Virus record (IMG/VR): IMGVR_UViG_3300023184_000036
Reading direction: 5' to 3' (one strand)
Length of the DNA: 64,000 nt
From: a virus
Within the stretch, counting starts at the first letter, position 1. Every line of letters begins with the position of its first letter. Both the position numbers and the translations under genes were made by a program. Below are positions 37,992-47,476 of the stretch, piece after piece. The notes under the pieces are model-generated. The model was not told the DNA's origin. It saw only the letters and a program-made list of their open reading frames with translations, and did not search any database.

Positions 37992-38968
37992 AAACCAATC
38001 CTTTTGAATATTTTAGTAAAGTCTTCATGTATTTGTTCTGGTGTAAATCTTTTGTGAACTGGTTCCCATGGTTTAGTTCCGTGTGCTATGATTTGTTTTA
38101 ATGATGAATTTTCAACAATAATAGTTGGTTCTAAATTCCAATAACTTTTGAACTGATGGCTTTTAGTAATTGCAATAGGACGACGAGCAGCAATAGCATA
38201 ATCAATACTACCACTCATACCAGCACCATCAAGATAATCATAGAAATAACAATTAACAGTATTTTGTGCCAACCAGTTTACAATACCTTGTTCATCAAGC
38301 CAATCATTGCTGACCTCTACTTTGATATTAGGTTTTGTAATAATGGAATTTACCTGTGCAAGAATTTGTGGTCCATATGTATTTTTTGGTTGTGTAAAGA
38401 ATCCATCTGGCATATGTAGTCGTATAATAGCTTCATCGAACTCATGTTGAACTTGTGCTGCAATTCTATGAACACCCTTCCATGGTGCAGGAAATCCTTG
38501 CCATCCAATTACAGGTATATTTTGCTCAACATATTCTACTGTTGGTGTTTTTGCAGGTAAATGATTTACAACAAATACACCTTCATTCTGTGGAACGCTT
38601 TCATCATATGTCATCATATATTGCCATATAGGATGCGTATATGGATTCCATTGTTCAGCAAATTGTTTGGCTTGATCATAAACAATACAAATGCATTTAA
38701 TATCTGGATATAATCCACGTAGACTCATTGATTCAATCCACGGATTAACACCTTTATGAAAATTAAAAATAACTAAATTTGGTTTGTAGTCTAATATCTT
38801 TTTGCTACACTCATCAATACTGTCAGTATAAATTGTTTCAATTTTATAAAGTGGATGTTTATCCAAAATATTTGCTAATAATGAACCCGTTAAACTGACA
38901 CCACATCTACCACGATCATTTTCATCTGTGATTGGTGTAGTAACATATAATATCTTTGCATTATTCAT
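37988..38968 (-). CDS. GT-B-fold glycosyltransferase-like, paralog 2
   Basis: PVIGWQGF..WKG, EFDEAIIR, WLAQNTVNCYFY, DYAIAARRP. Confidence 0.65.
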   Translation of the reverse strand: MNNAKILYVTTPITDENDRGRCGVSLTGSLLANILDKHPLYKIETIYTDSIDECSKKILDYKPNLVIFNFHKGVNPWIESMSLRGLYPDIKCICIVYDQAKQFAEQWNPYTHPIWQYMMTYDESVPQNEGVFVVNHLPAKTPTVEYVEQNIPVIGWQGFPAPWKGVHRIAAQVQHEFDEAIIRLHMPDGFFTQPKNTYGPQILAQVNSIITKPNIKVEVSNDWLDEQGIVNWLAQNTVNCYFYDYLDGAGMSGSIDYAIAARRPIAITKSHQFKSYWNLEPTIIVENSSLKQIIAHGTKPWEPVHKRFTPEQIHEDFTKIFKRIGL

Positions 38969-39929
38969 TTGCTTGTTTTACCTGTTCTGCAATCCAATGA
39001 TATGTTTTGCTTATACCACCATATAAATCTTGTGGCGGAACCCAACCAAGTTTTTCACGAATTAAATCATTATTACTATTTCGTCCACGCACACCTTGTG
39101 GACCAGGTATGTGTTTTATTGTAATTGTTTTATCAGCAATACCACTTACCATAAGAACAAGATTATTAATACTAATGAGATGGTCACTACCAATGTTAAC
39201 TGGACCTTCAAAGTCACTGTCCATAAGGCGCATAATACCCTCTACACAATCATCCACATGTAAGAAACTACGAGTTTGTTCGCCATCTCCCCATATTTCA
39301 ATCTCGCCACCTTCTGGAGCCATAGCAACTTTACGGCAGATAGCGGCTGCGGCTTTTTCTTTTCCACCTTGCCAAGTTCCATATTCACCAAATATATTAT
39401 GAAAACGTGCTATACGATTACGCATACCATACTGACGATTATATGTAAGATAAAGGCGTTCACTGAACAGTTTTTCCCAACCATATTCACTATCTGGGTG
39501 AGCGGGATAAGCAGTGTGTTCACGACAGTCTGGATGTTCTGTGTCCATTTGGTTGTGTTCATTATAAACACAAGCACTACTACTAAAAAATACTTGTTCT
39601 ACGCCATTGCGGTGTGCGGCAGTTACAACATTAAGATTAATCTTTGCGCTGTTGTTCATTACTTCTGCATCATTAACACCAGCGTTGATATAACCAGCAC
39701 CACCCATATCAGCGGCAAGCTGAAATACACGGTCAACTTTACGATCAATAATAAAATCAACAACGTTTGGATTGCGACAGTCACCAATAAAGAACTCATC
39801 ACATGCACTTGATGCAAATTCTGGTTGTTTTAAATCAACACCACGAACCCAATAACCATCTGCTTTAAGACGCTTGGCAACATGACTGCCAATAAATCCA
39901 CCTGCACCTATTACAATTGCTGTTTTCAT
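38961..39929 (-). CDS. GDP-mannose 3,5-epimerase-like SDR
   Basis: GAGGFIG, LAADMGGAG, SSACVY, YGWEK, GGKEKA..A.CRK, WGDG.QTRSF, GVRGRNS; GAGG RBS before ATG 39929. Confidence 0.88.
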   Translation of the reverse strand: MKTAIVIGAGGFIGSHVAKRLKADGYWVRGVDLKQPEFASSACDEFFIGDCRNPNVVDFIIDRKVDRVFQLAADMGGAGYINAGVNDAEVMNNSAKINLNVVTAAHRNGVEQVFFSSSACVYNEHNQMDTEHPDCREHTAYPAHPDSEYGWEKLFSERLYLTYNRQYGMRNRIARFHNIFGEYGTWQGGKEKAAAAICRKVAMAPEGGEIEIWGDGEQTRSFLHVDDCVEGIMRLMDSDFEGPVNIGSDHLISINNLVLMVSGIADKTITIKHIPGPQGVRGRNSNNDLIREKLGWVPPQDLYGGISKTYHWIAEQVKQANE

Positions 39930-39930
39930 T

Positions 39931-40911
39931 TTATTCCTCGTTGTCAAATATAATTTCTGTAAGTCGTTCAATGCAACGTTGTTGACTCCAATCCTGTTGA
40001 ATCTGTCGCACATAATCAACACCATTTTCAATGGTTTCACGCAGACTCATTTCTGGATATGGCTTTTGATATTGTAAGACATGCCTAAATGTTGGATTGT
40101 TTACTACAGCAATAGGACGACCACTTGCTATTGCTTGGTCAGGTGCAGCCGCAATGCCTAAAATATGACGTTGATAGAAGAAAGCATTTACGGTATTACG
40201 ACTGCACCAATCTATAAGTTCATCATTGCTGTAGAAATTATGTGTAATCTGTAATTCAACATTGTCACGTGCAGCGGCACGACATTGTTGTAAAACTTGA
40301 TTTAGTAATGATTTGTTTTGGTCACTATATGCTGCTTGTGGTAGGTTAATACGCACAATAGATTTTTCAAACTCTTCACTTGCTGCCTTGACAATAAGAT
40401 CAAATCCTTTGTCTACCGTTACATAACCATAGCATCCAATAACAGGAACTTCTGGAACATACTTGTAACCTGGTACAATTTTAGGAAGCACACGTGGAAA
40501 AGAGTGGAAGCGTGGATTACCAAACTTTTTTGTAGGATCAAGAACAATGTAACCATTAAAACTATCAGGAACATTGTCTACAACTGGATTAGCATCATCA
40601 CGGATTTCTTCAACTACCATGCAATAGTTTACACCAGGAAACTTATAGAACTGTGTGCAATCAATACCTTCCATTTCACGCATAGTATATGGATGATAGT
40701 TCCAAATGATAGCATCGTATTGTGGTGGACTACGACCATCAGGTCCATAAATGCGACCATTATGAAGTTCCATACGATTTAAGTAATTTACTTCCGCATA
40801 ATCCATTTTCCAATGTGGCGAGTTTTCCATTAAATTAAAAAATGTCAAACCCTTTTCATAAATTGAGCAGTTTGCTTCACGTGTATTAACGAATAAAAAT
40901 CTATGTTTCAT
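39931..40911 (-). CDS. GT-B-fold glycosyltransferase-like, paralog 3
   Basis: PVIGCYG...DKGF, EEFEKSIVR, WCSRNTVNAFFY, DQAIASGRP, FRH. Confidence 0.65.
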   Translation of the reverse strand: MKHRFLFVNTREANCSIYEKGLTFFNLMENSPHWKMDYAEVNYLNRMELHNGRIYGPDGRSPPQYDAIIWNYHPYTMREMEGIDCTQFYKFPGVNYCMVVEEIRDDANPVVDNVPDSFNGYIVLDPTKKFGNPRFHSFPRVLPKIVPGYKYVPEVPVIGCYGYVTVDKGFDLIVKAASEEFEKSIVRINLPQAAYSDQNKSLLNQVLQQCRAAARDNVELQITHNFYSNDELIDWCSRNTVNAFFYQRHILGIAAAPDQAIASGRPIAVVNNPTFRHVLQYQKPYPEMSLRETIENGVDYVRQIQQDWSQQRCIERLTEIIFDNEE

Positions 40912-40912
40912 A

Positions 40913-41830
40913 TTACTTTTCTATATGGTAACCGCTTGTTTGTTTATTGTTCTTGATATCATCAATTGCACGTTCAATAATACGAACAGCAGGACTTGAA
41001 AATGTTGTATTGCTAAAACGGAAGTCTGCCGCAATGTCAAGACCATAAGGCAACAAGTCTTCTGGCTTATGACTAAAGTTTACAAATACTTTATTCTTAT
41101 CAAGCAAGTTTTGTTTTGTATTAGCATAAGTGAATGGACCACTATTCTTTCCAACAATAAGATTTACTTTTGTTGAAAGATATGAAATATCACAAAGATC
41201 ACATGTGTCACTAAAGATATCACCTGTAAAAAAAATGTTATCAAGTTTGGTTTCAAACTTCTCTGTTGCAACTATTGTATCATTCTTATGATTTTCAGCA
41301 ACATATTCAATAATACTTTTCATATTATCCATACTACTTTGCTTACTTGCTACTGCACTATTACAGAACAGATAAACATTACCTACCAACTCACTATTAT
41401 TATCTACAGCGGCAGTATTATACTTGCTATAATCAATTTCTGGAACATAATCCCATACATCATTACTTAACTTAAGGTCAATGCCAAATTGCTGACGAAG
41501 ATTGTTGTAGCACTCACCAATGATACGATGATGGCTGATATAACTTGGGTGAGTGTTTGGCCAAAGACCCATGTAACTACCTACCCAAGTATTGATAAGG
41601 ATAGTATCTTCATCAACACCAAAACGCTTCCACTGATCAATGCCATCAAGCACTGCTTGATTGTTTTCTGCATCAAGTGTTTCTGCAAGGTCAATGATTG
41701 CACGTGGATTTTTCTTATGTGCATAATAAAAGTTAGATTCTGGCAATTGACGCTTGATATCGGCAACCCATCCTCGTGTAGAGAATAGGTCACCGTAATG
41801 CCAATGGTTAAAGAATACTATGTTTTCCAT
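40913..41830 (-). CDS. Putative GT-B (GT9-like) glycosyltransferase
   Basis: HYGD near N-terminus and LIVGKNSGP, resembling GT9 GD and DSGP motifs. Confidence 0.45.
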   Translation of the reverse strand: MENIVFFNHWHYGDLFSTRGWVADIKRQLPESNFYYAHKKNPRAIIDLAETLDAENNQAVLDGIDQWKRFGVDEDTILINTWVGSYMGLWPNTHPSYISHHRIIGECYNNLRQQFGIDLKLSNDVWDYVPEIDYSKYNTAAVDNNSELVGNVYLFCNSAVASKQSSMDNMKSIIEYVAENHKNDTIVATEKFETKLDNIFFTGDIFSDTCDLCDISYLSTKVNLIVGKNSGPFTYANTKQNLLDKNKVFVNFSHKPEDLLPYGLDIAADFRFSNTTFSSPAVRIIERAIDDIKNNKQTSGYHIEK

Positions 41831-41833
41831 AGA

Positions 41834-43057
41834 TTATCCAATAACTTGGAAGGTTGGGCAAGGAACTACTAATTTACCGCCCTTAGATATGAAATCTTGC
41901 TCACGCTTGACGAACTCATCAATAAAGTGCCAAGGAAGAACAAGCAAGTAATCTGGGTTTGCTGCTCTCATTTCTTCTTCACTGCAAATTGGAATATTAG
42001 TTCCAACTGTCAACAATCCAAACTTATATGGGCTACGTTCAGCAATAGCAGTGACAAGATCAGGAGTGATACCAAACAATTGTAGTAGTGTGTTACCCTT
42101 TGTTGAAGCACCATAACCATAAACCTTCTTACCTTCTGCCTTTGCTTGATGCAAGAAGTCAAGAACTTGCTTTTTCAAGTTCCAAATGTTATCACCAAAT
42201 TCTTTCCAAAGGTCTTCATCAGTGATATTCCACCAAGCATTTTCATACTGTAGCGTAGCTGCAATACGCATTTCACAAACGTCACGAATCTGGCGTGTGG
42301 CAAATGTCTTTTCATCAGCAGTATCTTTTTGGAAAGTTACACGGAATGAACCACCATTAGCGTCATTAAGTGTGCAATCACGTAGAACAAATCCTTCACT
42401 TTCAAACAATTTCTTAATGCTGTTTAAATCATAATAGTAAACGTGTTCATGGCAAATGTTATCAAATGCCAACTGCTTCAACATAAGTGGTGTATAACTC
42501 ATTTGTAGAACAAATACACCATCATCTGTAAGAATATCATGTGCATCACGAATAAATGGACGTGGGTTATCAAGATCATAGAACATTGCAATACAAGTAA
42601 TAACCTTTGCCTTTGCATCTGGACCAAGACCAAGACGGTTCCAAGCATCCTTTGTAAAGAAGTCTTGAATTACACGTGCATGTTTGGTGCTTTCTGCCAA
42701 GAAACTATCATCAGCAGGATCAATACCAACCTTTGTCATATAATCAGGAACTTGACGAAGCAATGTGCCATCATTACAAGCAATGTCAAGCCAGATATCA
42801 CCACTTTGTGTCTTGGTACGGCTTGTAACTTCTGCAACAACATCACCAAGAAGTTTAGTCATTGTTGCATTAGTTCCGCTGCGATACCAGTATTGTCCAT
42901 ACATCTTGTCCAATGGTGCAACACCATCAAGACGGACTGCACCAATAGTTTGGTCAAGATAAAGATCAAGCGACCAAGGCTTTGTTTCACGCATTTCTGC
43001 GCCTGGTTTCATAAAATCACTTACGTAGTGATCACCTAATTCTAAAATCTTTTTCAT
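41834..43057 (-). CDS. NDP-hexose C3-methyltransferase family
   Basis: YWYRSG, DIACNDG, FDNICHEHVYYY, GGSFR, YGASTKGNTLL, LPWHF. Confidence 0.88.
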   Translation of the reverse strand: MKKILELGDHYVSDFMKPGAEMRETKPWSLDLYLDQTIGAVRLDGVAPLDKMYGQYWYRSGTNATMTKLLGDVVAEVTSRTKTQSGDIWLDIACNDGTLLRQVPDYMTKVGIDPADDSFLAESTKHARVIQDFFTKDAWNRLGLGPDAKAKVITCIAMFYDLDNPRPFIRDAHDILTDDGVFVLQMSYTPLMLKQLAFDNICHEHVYYYDLNSIKKLFESEGFVLRDCTLNDANGGSFRVTFQKDTADEKTFATRQIRDVCEMRIAATLQYENAWWNITDEDLWKEFGDNIWNLKKQVLDFLHQAKAEGKKVYGYGASTKGNTLLQLFGITPDLVTAIAERSPYKFGLLTVGTNIPICSEEEMRAANPDYLLVLPWHFIDEFVKREQDFISKGGKLVVPCPTFQVIG

Positions 43058-43476
43058 TTTAATCCCTCGTTGATATATGATTTTGTTTCTACAATATCGC
43101 TATTGTATAGTTTGTTGATATCTAATTTGTATTGGCAACGGTCTTTATTACCTTGGTGAACGTCAGTGACTAACTTGATAAATTCACTGTCATATGGTTT
43201 CAAATCGGAACCATATGTTCTTACAACGTCTTCATGTCGCCAAATCATATGATTTACTGCTTTAAGATTCTTGACAATATCATCAATCGGCGCACTTGGT
43301 GCTTCAAGTCCATCAATAATCTTCATGAGTTCTGCTAATTCTTTGGTAACATATTCAATTTTAATGCGATTTGTTTCGTTATCTACCTTGCCATATTCTT
43401 CTAACTTAATGTTTAGAATAGTAATCTTATCCCACAAATCGCCAATGCTAATTGGCGCAAATACTAATTGTCCCAT
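43054..43476 (-). CDS. DUF6165-like coiled-coil protein of sugar clusters
   Basis: PISIGDLWDKITILNIK..N..IW..ED..R..N..R...K..IN....S...E.K. Confidence 0.65.
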   Translation of the reverse strand: MGQLVFAPISIGDLWDKITILNIKLEEYGKVDNETNRIKIEYVTKELAELMKIIDGLEAPSAPIDDIVKNLKAVNHMIWRHEDVVRTYGSDLKPYDSEFIKLVTDVHQGNKDRCQYKLDINKLYNSDIVETKSYINEGLK

Positions 43477-43478
43477 GT

Positions 43479-44498
43479 TCAGCCTTTCTTTGCCAAGTTA
43501 TAGTCATTTTCACACATATCACGAACAAGGTCTTGTAGCGAATATTGTGGTTGCCAACCAAGAACTTCACGAACCTTTGTAGCATCGCCTTGAATGTTTA
43601 CAACATCAACAGGACGGTAAAACTCTGGATTTACACGAATCATAACATCACCACCAACACTATTACGTGCTACCTCATTTACACCAGTTCCTTCCCAAAG
43701 CAACTTAATACCAAAGTGTTCTGCAGTAAGATTACAAAAATCACGAATGCTGCTTTGAACACCAGTAGCAACAACATAATCATCTGGAGTATCGTGTTGC
43801 AACATCATCCACATAGCACGAACATAATCTTTGGCATGACCCCAATCACGCAGACTGTCCATATTACCAAGTTCAAGCACTTTCTGCTTACCTAATACCA
43901 TATTAGCAAATGCTTTTGTAATCTTACGAGTAACAAAAAGTTCACCACGGCGTGGACTTTCATGGTTAAATAATAAACCATTGGAACCAAAAATCTTATA
44001 ACTTTCACGATAGTTTACCGTGATCCAGTAAGCATAAAGTTTGGCAGCACTATAAGGAGAACCAGGATAGAATGGTGTATCTTCCTTCTGTGGATTAAAC
44101 TTCTGGATACCAAACATTTCACTGGTTGATGCTTGATAAAACTTTACATCATCTACCATCTTCAATGAACGGATACTATCAAGAATACGCAGCGGTCCAA
44201 GAGCATTTGTATCACCTGTAAGTTCTGGCATTTCAAAACTTACCTTAACATGACTCTGTGCCGCAAGATTATAAATCTCTGTTGGACGAACGTTGTCAAT
44301 AAGATTACGGATGCTATTTGCATCACTCAAGTCACCATTATGAAACTTGACTCGATCCTTTACTTCTTGAATATTTGGGTGGTCAAAGTTTGCGCTACGG
44401 CGAATAAGACCATGGACCTCGTAGCCTTTGTCAAGTAGCAATTCTGCCAAATAGCTACCATCTTGACCTGCGATGCCTGTAATAAGTGCTCTTTTCAT
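43479..44498 (-). CDS. gmd: GDP-mannose 4,6-dehydratase
   Basis: ITGIAGQDGSYLAE, LAAQSHV, QASTSE, SPYSAAK, FNHESPRRG, RDWGHA. Confidence 0.95.
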   Translation of the reverse strand: MKRALITGIAGQDGSYLAELLLDKGYEVHGLIRRSANFDHPNIQEVKDRVKFHNGDLSDANSIRNLIDNVRPTEIYNLAAQSHVKVSFEMPELTGDTNALGPLRILDSIRSLKMVDDVKFYQASTSEMFGIQKFNPQKEDTPFYPGSPYSAAKLYAYWITVNYRESYKIFGSNGLLFNHESPRRGELFVTRKITKAFANMVLGKQKVLELGNMDSLRDWGHAKDYVRAMWMMLQHDTPDDYVVATGVQSSIRDFCNLTAEHFGIKLLWEGTGVNEVARNSVGGDVMIRVNPEFYRPVDVVNIQGDATKVREVLGWQPQYSLQDLVRDMCENDYNLAKKG

Positions 44499-44549
44499 TG
44501 ATAATTCCTTTGATATTGTATATATTGTTGATAATATACGGACATAAAT

Positions 44550-45011
44550 TTATGCTACCGTAAAGTCTTCCATTCCTGCTGTCTTAAGTCGGACCATGTG
44601 ACCCAACATAAAATTTTTACTTTCCAGTGCTTTCATTACACCTAACCAACGATTACGCAATAGTGCGACTTCGTTAATAATGGTTTCATAATCAATAACT
44701 TCTTGTTCACCATCTACATACTTTTCAGCATCACGGCTTGTTAGCGCACGAGCATAATGTTCCAAATATTTTTGGAAATGTTTTCTACGTATTTTACGTA
44801 ATTGGATATTAAGAAAATTAAGCACTGCTTCTATTTCTTGTAGTTGATTAAAACGATATGCTGTTATACCAGGTAGTGCACTCATATTTTTTTCTACAAT
44901 ACCATTAATATTAATATCACGATGTGCTAAATTAAATTCAGCTTCGTAATATGCAATAAAGTCTGGTATTAATCCTATGTCTTGGCTTACTCTGGTATAC
45001 CAACTGCTCAT
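44550..45011 (-). CDS. uvsY: UvsY-like recombination mediator
   Basis: Helical 153 aa with AEKYVDGE and AGMED; downstream of uvsX. Confidence 0.7.
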   Translation of the reverse strand: MSSWYTRVSQDIGLIPDFIAYYEAEFNLAHRDININGIVEKNMSALPGITAYRFNQLQEIEAVLNFLNIQLRKIRRKHFQKYLEHYARALTSRDAEKYVDGEQEVIDYETIINEVALLRNRWLGVMKALESKNFMLGHMVRLKTAGMEDFTVA

Positions 45012-45229
45012 TCATCAAAATCTTCGTCAGATTCCTCTATTTCAATATGTTCTGAAATTGCATTTTCCATAATTCTATCAACAGAAAGTGCATTTAGATC
45101 ACTATCGCTTATACCTAAATCAACCAACTCATTAATAACGTGGTCTGCTGCCATTTGGCGATCTTTTGCTGGAATATATTCCTTAATGGTTTGCCAAAAT
45201 TGGACAAGTAAATCACTTGTATCACTCAT
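45008..45229 (-). CDS. Small acidic hypothetical protein
   Basis: GAGG RBS before ATG 45229. Confidence 0.7.
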   Translation of the reverse strand: MSDTSDLLVQFWQTIKEYIPAKDRQMAADHVINELVDLGISDSDLNALSVDRIMENAISEHIEIEESDEDFDE

Positions 45230-46268
45230 CAGTAATTTCCTCTTTAGTTTTAGGAGTATGTTTACTATACTCACTCATAATTACATCAAGTTGTTCATTT
45301 GTAAAGTTCTTCCTAAACTCCTTGATAATTTCCCCTGTCACAGGACTTGTGTAGGCAAGACGGTTTCCTTCTTTTACAAGAATACCCTCTGCTTCAAACA
45401 TATCAATTAGACCGCTATATGGGTCCATACCAGTTTCATATGGAATTTTAACTTGAACACCTTCAAAAGGTTTAGAATAACGTGTCTTCATAACTTTACA
45501 TGCTGCACGAATACCATTAACTTCACTGGTCTTATTGCCATCTTCATCTTCTTTTAGTTTCAATTTACGCATTGCAACAACAATAGATGATGCATAGATA
45601 AATCCTTGACCACCAGAAATCTTGTCATCAGGGTCAAACATATCTTGTGAAGCATATGTATGATTGGTAGCAACCATTCCCACATTGTAAGAACCAAACA
45701 TATTAACACAATTGCGAACAAGTGCAGTCAATGCTTTTGGTTTACGACCCATGTCACCCTTTAAGTCACCACTTTCAAATTGATTAACATCAGTTGGTGT
45801 CAACAACATACCAAGACTATCAACTACGAATAGAACCTTTGGACGTTCGCCATCTGGCATAGCCTTAATCATATCCATGGAATTGTTAATAAACTTGGCA
45901 ACATCATCAATCATTGCCATGTTGACTTTCATAAGTTTATCTTCACTTGTATCAACGCCAAGTGCTTTAAGCCAATCTTCATCAAGTGCATTTTCTGTAT
46001 CAATAAGAAACACATAGATGCCTTGTTCCTGTGCGTGTCGAACAATGTTTCCACTGCAAATATATGATTTGCCAGCACCACTCTCACCCGCAAATACGGT
46101 TACTTTTCCAAGTGGAATACCCTTTTTAAAATCACCACTAATACGATAGTTTAGTGTATAATTTCCTGTTGAAATCCAATCAGTTGGATCATTATACCCA
46201 ATACTCATGCCTGGTATTGCTTTTGTTAAGTCTTTGCGAAATTTTGATACGTCAAATGGTTTAGCCAT
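45222..46268 (-). CDS. uvsX: RecA/UvsX recombinase
   Basis: ISTG, GESGAGKS, IDTENA, VVDSL, TNH, SGG.G. Confidence 0.93.
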   Translation of the reverse strand: MAKPFDVSKFRKDLTKAIPGMSIGYNDPTDWISTGNYTLNYRISGDFKKGIPLGKVTVFAGESGAGKSYICSGNIVRHAQEQGIYVFLIDTENALDEDWLKALGVDTSEDKLMKVNMAMIDDVAKFINNSMDMIKAMPDGERPKVLFVVDSLGMLLTPTDVNQFESGDLKGDMGRKPKALTALVRNCVNMFGSYNVGMVATNHTYASQDMFDPDDKISGGQGFIYASSIVVAMRKLKLKEDEDGNKTSEVNGIRAACKVMKTRYSKPFEGVQVKIPYETGMDPYSGLIDMFEAEGILVKEGNRLAYTSPVTGEIIKEFRKNFTNEQLDVIMSEYSKHTPKTKEEITDE

Positions 46269-46288
46269 AATACTGCCTTTTTGAAAAA

Positions 46289-46332
46289 ATAATATAATAT
46301 GTGGGCAGACTTGTCAATAAATCCGCCCACAT
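46289..46332 (-). promoter_or_regulatory. Hairpin overlapping a TTGACA-N17-TATTAT promoter for uvsX
   Basis: 14-bp imperfect stem 46299-46332; -35 at 46312-46317, -10 at 46289-46294. Confidence 0.55.
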
Positions 46333-46341
46333 TTATTGTAA

Positions 46342-47340
46342 CTATTCTGCTGTTTTACGATTACGAATCATGCTGAGAATTTCAGCCGCACGAGCATTGC
46401 TATCAGCTTTAGGTGCAGTGCTTACAGGAGCAGATGCTACTTGAGATTCTTCATCCCATGGTGCATCTTCCTTTACACTTGCTACCTGTGGGCGAGCCGT
46501 TGGTGCATTACGAGTTACTGGAGTGGAATCATCTGCATCAGCAGCATCACCACGCAAGCCAGCGGGCTTGTAATACTGTCCCCAACGTGCTTCATCATAA
46601 GTGGCACCATCAACGCTTGCCTCAAACATTTCTTTAATAATCTTAAGTTCTGCGTCACCAGGTTTCTTTGGAAGGAAACTCTTCAAATCAAATAGACCAA
46701 ATGCATCAATTGCTGCACGTTCTGCTTGAGTTAAAGCACTTTCCTTACGTGCCCACTTGCTGGTAGCATAATCTGCATACTGACCCTTGCTAGTTTTTGT
46801 GATACTGAAATCCAAACCACGTTCAAAATCTGTTGGGATTTCTTCAATATCAGGGTCTTTCAATGCAGCAATGATCAATGGATATATGCTGGGGCTAATA
46901 ACGAACCGACGAATTGGATTTTCGGGTACGCTGTCTTCTGCAAGTGGATTGTCACGGACAAATCCTTGGAAGATATAAGAACGCTTCTTCCAATACTTAC
47001 GACCCATTTCTTCAAGACTCTTGTCCTTGAACCAAGTACGAACTTCTGTAAGAATTGGGCATGTTTCATTCCACATTTCAACACAGGGAACTTGAACAAT
47101 AACTGGTTTACTGTTCATCTGACCCTTAACTCCGCTAAATGGGAGACGAATCATCGCACGTTCAACCCAGAAAAAATCATTCTTTGTGTCGCCATCAGGC
47201 AAGAACCTGACACGTGCCGTTGCATTTTCTGGAATGTCCCAATGTGGATAGATTGCGTTATCACGACCGCCGCCGCTAGAACCGCCTGTGCGGTTTTCTT
47301 GTTGTGCAAGTTTTGCACGGATTTCTGCCAATGAAGCCAT
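46342..47340 (-). CDS. Single-stranded DNA-binding protein (T4 gp32-like)
   Basis: VRFLP, C......CP, YWKKRSY, G.DF.I.K, YADY..S; acidic tail; next to uvsX. Confidence 0.88.
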   Translation of the reverse strand: MASLAEIRAKLAQQENRTGGSSGGGRDNAIYPHWDIPENATARVRFLPDGDTKNDFFWVERAMIRLPFSGVKGQMNSKPVIVQVPCVEMWNETCPILTEVRTWFKDKSLEEMGRKYWKKRSYIFQGFVRDNPLAEDSVPENPIRRFVISPSIYPLIIAALKDPDIEEIPTDFERGLDFSITKTSKGQYADYATSKWARKESALTQAERAAIDAFGLFDLKSFLPKKPGDAELKIIKEMFEASVDGATYDEARWGQYYKPAGLRGDAADADDSTPVTRNAPTARPQVASVKEDAPWDEESQVASAPVSTAPKADSNARAAEILSMIRNRKTAE

Positions 47341-47401
47341 AGTTTTTCCCTTTCTGTTTGCCTAAATTGTGCCTTATACACTTGTTACCAAGTGCATAAT
47401 G

Positions 47402-47409
47402 TATTTATA
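47402..47409 (-). promoter_or_regulatory. T4-type late promoter TATAAATA for SSB
   Basis: Exact TATAAATA followed by a GNRA hairpin leader. Confidence 0.65.
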
Positions 47410-47476
47410 CACGGTAGCAAGAGTAATAGCAATATATTTTCGGCTCATTGAAAGAAAATATATGATGTAGAGAAGG

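Noticed and set aside
39930-40040. N-terminal extensions in the ORF track (38961..40040, 14095..14508, 45008..45274, 48888..49148, 31941..32165)
   Set aside because: They overlap upstream genes or terminators; downstream starts have an RBS, stop-start coupling or avoid a terminator
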